A stretch of DNA of 60,000 bases from Felis catus. Its lineage: Eukaryota. The notes below the pieces were generated by a model that was given only the letters and a program-made list of their open reading frames with translations, made no database searches and was not told the origin of the DNA. This document shows positions 55,300 to 60,000 of this stretch, piece by piece. Every line of letters begins with the position of its first letter. The stretch's first letter is position 1. The stretch covers positions 116,872,001 through 116,932,000 of the forward strand of contig NC_058368.1 of NCBI RefSeq assembly GCF_018350175.1, given 5' to 3'. Both the position numbers and the translations under genes were made by a program.

Positions 55300-58200
55300 C
55301 AAAGAATTGTGACCAAGTCTTCTCTGTTTGGCTGACTTAGTCCTAGGTAGTATCAGAGCTACTATTCCATTGTGGAAAGTATAGAAAGCAGTTCTTTTTT
55401 TGGCCAATATGGTATATGATCTGGGACTAAAGTTGGAGGAGCTATATGCTGAGCACTCATTTAGACCCAGAAGACAGAAGAACAGACGCTGTTAGTAACT
55501 TGGTAGATCCATTGAATTCACCTATTGTTGAGTGAACAGAATTTAGTAAAGCCAGAAAAGATCTTCTAGACTAAATTTGAAGATTAGAAACAATTACACC
55601 TTACTCTTGTTTCAAAGTTGATTTTTATTTCTATGCTGTTGGAAAGTTTTTCCCTTTTATTTAAAGACAATTTCCAAAAACTTCTTTATCCAGATATTAA
55701 GTACAGGACAGAGAAGGTACCATATGTATAGTACTATGTATTGTGGCCACTTTTTGGAATTCCCATACTGAAAGTCTGGTACAAGGTAAAAGCGATGACC
55801 TTCTATGTTAATGATAATTTTTAGTAGTCTTCTGTGAGGAATAGTAAGTTCATTACTGTGAATTATTTCCAAATTGATCTCTAATATTCTAATTTTCAAA
55901 AAGTAAGAGAAATTAAAATGGCTCCTCTGCCCAAATATACTAAATAACCTTACTAGACTTTAAGGAACTTGACAGTAGAATCTGTTTCTGTTTTATTCAG
56001 ACTTGTATCTCCAACACATGGCATTATGCCTCACACATAGTAGATGCTTGAATAACTTTTGCTGAATGAGTAATTTTTAAAAAATATTTGAGAAATCAAT
56101 GAATTTTTCAAGACCTCATTTACTTGGTACTTATCTGTACACTGAATTTCAAAAGAACTAGCTACATTCAGAAAGGGCTGGGGATTGATAATGCCAATTT
56201 CCATAGAACCAATATATTATTTAGTTGTCTTCCTTCACTTGTGTGGGGATTTCTGGAAACTCAGAGAATTGTAAAACAATGTACTGATCTCCAGTTGGGT
56301 TCCAGATGCACTTGCTCACATCTTTGATTTCAGCAATAAAGAAGAAATGAAATAAAAGTAATTTATAAAAGCACTGTCAACTTCCCAGACCTTCTGTTTA
56401 CCAAATTAACTTCCTGAAATCTGTATTTAAATTCACTAGCCTCTAATCGATTATTCTCTTGAACTCTGGTTAGTCCTCGTGGTATAAAAATTAAGTGAAA
56501 TTTGCAAGATCTGAAAGTCTTTGAATAAACTTTAAAGTAGTCAATCATTAATGTATTTTCAAAATGTAACTCTAGATAGTGTACATTCTTTTACCTCTCT
56601 GAAAACATAAATTGATAAATAACTTAAATATTTTCTTGACATTCACAATCTAGTTTTTAACACTTAAAAGCAAAGAAATGACAATGAATTTAAAACTTTT
56701 ATGTAGGTTAAAAAACTAAACTATATTCAAGTATCACTCATTAAAACTAATGAAGTAAGTTACCATACTTTTTAGAACTCTTTCTTAATCCTTAAATATG
56801 GCTTCCTTGTAAATGAGGACTTTTTTTTTTTTAATGCAAGTTTTTCTGTACATGTCACTACCTTTATTCTCTATTTATACTTGCTTCTTAGGGTAGCTTG
56901 CTGTATATTTTAAAGCTAGAAATCTATACTTTTATGTCTAATAGTTCTCTTCTTAGCCAATAGTTTGGTTGAACATAGATATTTAAATCTAAACTCATTT
57001 TCCTTCTGTTCTTTGATATTCAACACTATTGATTAAAAGTATGAACTCAGTATAGTTGCCATTTTTTATCTGTAAACTTCTTTATTTTATTTTTTTAAAG
57101 TAATCTCTATTCCCACTATGGGGCTTAAGCTCATACCCCAAGATCAAAGTCACATGCTCTACCAACTGAGCCAGCCAAGAGCCCCTTATTTACTCTGTTT
57201 TAGATTTTTTACCTTTATCCCGATGTTCTGGTACTTTCTCGGTCTCAGCCTGAGATTCACCCAATATACTGAAAAAAAAAAAACTATAGTTTTTCTTTTC
57301 AAAATTTCCATTTGATAAGTTTTCATAACAGCTTGTTATTTATTTACAACTTATTTTTTGTTTGAGGACATTAAATGTCTTTTACTCTTAAGTTCTTTCC
57401 ATATTGTTCTGAATCTGTGTTTGTTATGTATACATTCTTTTATCTGTTGAGTGCATTTTTCACACTGTTAGTCTTCCTCATATGCTTGGTGATACTTTAC
57501 TGATCACTCCTCTCCTACTGGAGGTTTCACTCACACCAGTACTGGTTTTGGTAGCCTTATTGAGGGGAGGAAAGAGGAGTCTCACGGTGGTTCCAGTCCC
57601 AGGTTCTACAAACCCAAGCCTTAATTAAGAAGCTTAGCTCAACTTTGTCAGACACAGAAGTTTGAGACCAACACCTAATGATGTGTTTGATTTGGTCCTG
57701 CTCTCCCTACTACAGAGTAGGTGGTCCTACTCTGCATTTGCTCCATGAGGCAAAAACGCAGGGAGTGTCACCCTCTGCCTCTTGTTTATCTTGGTGTCTG
57801 TTACAGCTGTAGACTTGGGAGCTAATGGAGACATTTTTTACTTTTCAATCTTCAGAGTAAACAAACTGATTTTGAGGAAAATCAAGTTGTAGCTGAAGTA
57901 ATTGATACATAGGGTTTACCTACAGGAAAAAAATCATAGTCTTTATTAATATATATGACACTGCTGCACATGGTAATCCTGGATGACACACATACTTGCT
58001 GGATGGCCAGAAAAACTTGCTGCAAAACTATCTTATATTATGCATTGAGCTGGTGCCACGTAAAACAAGGTGGTAACCTGGATGTAACTTGAGTTAAAAC
58101 TCAGGACTATTTTATCAATGATTCAAAGCTTCAGAGTACTTGATGTTTACATGTCGAAGTATGGAGCACTGAAGCATAACTACTAGGCTCCTAAGTGACA

Positions 58201-58640
58201 GGCACAGCCAGGCACAAGCTGTTGCTGTTATTAAGGACTATAAGCCACCTCCATTTGACATGGTCTAGGACCTATCCCAGCCTGACCTGTCATTCCCTGA
58301 ACCTCCACATAAGTCTACTCAGCTGACAGGTTCTCTATCCTCTTGATCACTGAGTTGACTCAGCCATCTTCCACTCTCGGTTTTCTGCTCCTGTTGTGGA
58401 GGACTAACAGGGAACCTTCAGTGGACTACTTCTCATAAGGCCATTTTTTGAGTATTTGGGGGATATCAACATCATTGGGACTTAGTTGCAGAACTATTAA
58501 TGTGAGAGGTTTCTGACCAGAATATCAGAGACAAATGGGTTCAGATTTCTAAAGTCATTTGGCTCCAGATAATATGGGCTGTCTATGAGGAAGAGCTTTG
58601 ATGAGAAACTCAACTTCTAGAACAATTTGGGGTTTATCAA
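55300..58640 (+). pseudogene. Pcdh-beta relic 3, in two pieces (about 55300-55820 and 57740-58640), with EC4-EC5 missing
   Basis: 5' piece: YYSIVESIESSSF/ANMVYDLGLKLEEL (55360-55444) and KSGT...YVNDN (about 55775-55820). 3' piece: VSVTAVDLGANGDIFYF (57794), LQNYLILCIELVPR (about 58020-58061), TRLLSDR, SQPDLSFPE and DINIIGT*LQNY*CERFLTRISETNGFRFLK (to about 58555). Confidence 0.85.
57080..57186 (-). mobile_element. Short Can-SINE inside relic 3
   Basis: GTAATCTCTA...CAACTGAGCCAGCCAAGAGCCCC. Confidence 0.8.
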
Positions 58641-58772
58641 AAATTAAAATTGTGTTCTCTATTGTCATTTTCAGATTTGTTTTGCCTAAATTTATATCTA
58701 GGGAAGTGAATTTTTTCATCTTGAATGTTTTCCTATTCAAGAAGGTTTAATAAGTAATCAAAAAACTTTCCA

Positions 58773-58975
58773 GGGGCTCCTGGGTGGCTCAGTTGGTTAA
58801 GCATCCATCTCTTGATTTTGGCTCAGGTCATGATCTCATGGTTTCTGAGTTTGCGCCCAGTGTCAGGCTCTGAGCTGACAGCATGGAGCCTACTTGGGAC
58901 TCTCTCTCTCCCTGTCTCTCTGTCCCTCCCCTGCACTCTCTATGTCTCTCTCAAAATAAATAAACTTAAAAAAAT
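58773..58975 (+). mobile_element. Can-SINE
   Basis: Head, CT tract, AATAAATAAA tail. Confidence 0.88.
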
Positions 58976-59046
58976 AATACTATTTTTTTAAAAATTTACA
59001 CAAAGAAAGTCCCAGGACTAGAATTCTATTGAATGTTTAAAAAATT

Positions 59047-59262
59047 GGGGCGCCTGGGTGGCGCAGTCGGTTAAGCGTCCGACTTCAGCCAGGTCACGAT
59101 CTCGCGGTCCGGGAGTTCGAGCCCCGCGTCAGGCTCTGGGCTGATGGCTCAGAGCCTGGAGCCTGTTTCCGATTCTGTGTCTCCCTCTCTCTCTGCCCCT
59201 CGCCCGTTCATGCTCTCTCTCTGTCCCAAAAATAAATAAACGTTGAAAAAAAATTTTTAAAA
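59047..59262 (+). mobile_element. Young felid SINE (SINEC_Fc-like)
   Basis: Near-identical to the copies at 2919, 25231 and 47244. Confidence 0.93.
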
Positions 59263-59620
59263 AGAATAAAATGCTTAGGAACAAATTTAACAAAACAAGT
59301 GCAAGACTTGTACACAACAAAGCATCATTGAAAGAAATTAAAGCTGACTTAAATAAATGGAAAGTGTTCATGGACTGGAAGACTCGACATTGTTGAAATG
59401 ATGATACCTCCCAAATTGCCAAATTGGTCTACAGGTTCAATGCAATCCCTATCAATATCCCAGCCAGATTTGTTTTTGTTTTTGTTTTTGTTTTTTTGGA
59501 AATTGGCAAATTGACCTTAAAATTCATATGGAAATATAGGGGACCCAGAATAGCCAAAAAGTCTTTGAAAAAGAACAACAGATTTGGAAGACACATACTT
59601 CCTGAGTTTAAAGATGTATT
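59263..59620 (+). mobile_element. L1 ORF2 fragment
   Basis: [12 protein letters not shown]...KLTLKFIWKYRGPRIAKKSLKK. Confidence 0.85.
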
Positions 59621-60000
59621 GTGAGGCAGACATTAGATGTTTGAAATTTTTGATACATTAAACATATAATCTCTTTATTTAGTATGTCCTACAAGGAATT
59701 ATTAGAAATTGTCTTAGATTACATCATAAATTTCTCAAGCCAAATTCTCATTATTCAAATATCTCCTTTCTAAATTTGCATTTCAATACATGTGATAAAA
59801 ATATCTTATAGATTTAGTTTGGAATTTTAGCTGATATTAATAATAATTTTAGTTTGCTTTCACCAGTGAGCTGTATTGTTTGCTTTATAGTTATTTCACT
59901 CAAATGGCAAGCCTGAGGTATCTAATTTATCTATCTAGTAGAAACAAATCTCAAAAATTTATAAGACTTTCTTACAAAATCCACAAACCATCAATATTAA

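Overview
This window is mammalian genomic DNA, almost certainly from a felid, since it carries many tRNA-derived Can-SINEs including young SINEC_Fc-type copies. It covers the boundary between the protocadherin-alpha and protocadherin-beta clusters. Bases 1-12 kb are repeat-rich intergenic DNA. A repeat-free block at about 12.2-16.1 kb has the layout of the HS5-1 enhancer: two reverse-oriented CTCF sites about 1 kb apart, with a gapped (non-canonical) REST/NRSF site between them. Three intact single-exon genes follow on the + strand: PCDHB1 (22112-24568), PCDHB2 (44715-47108) and PCDHB3 (51036-53393). Reading outside the ORF track reveals three heavily decayed Pcdh-beta relics at about 36.0-37.2 kb, 38.5-40.7 kb and 55.3-58.6 kb. 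The first two keep recognisable CSE/CTCF promoter elements, and the first still has a CpG-rich promoter and strong splice donors. PCDHB2 and PCDHB3 share a 1087-bp GC-rich tract with only 2 differences seen, consistent with gene conversion. The clustered-protocadherin system itself is well known, and I see no evidence of a wholly new gene system. The best candidates for something undescribed are the relic genes and their surviving regulatory elements. Orthologue and repeat names come from recalled family features, not database searches, and repeat boundaries are approximate.
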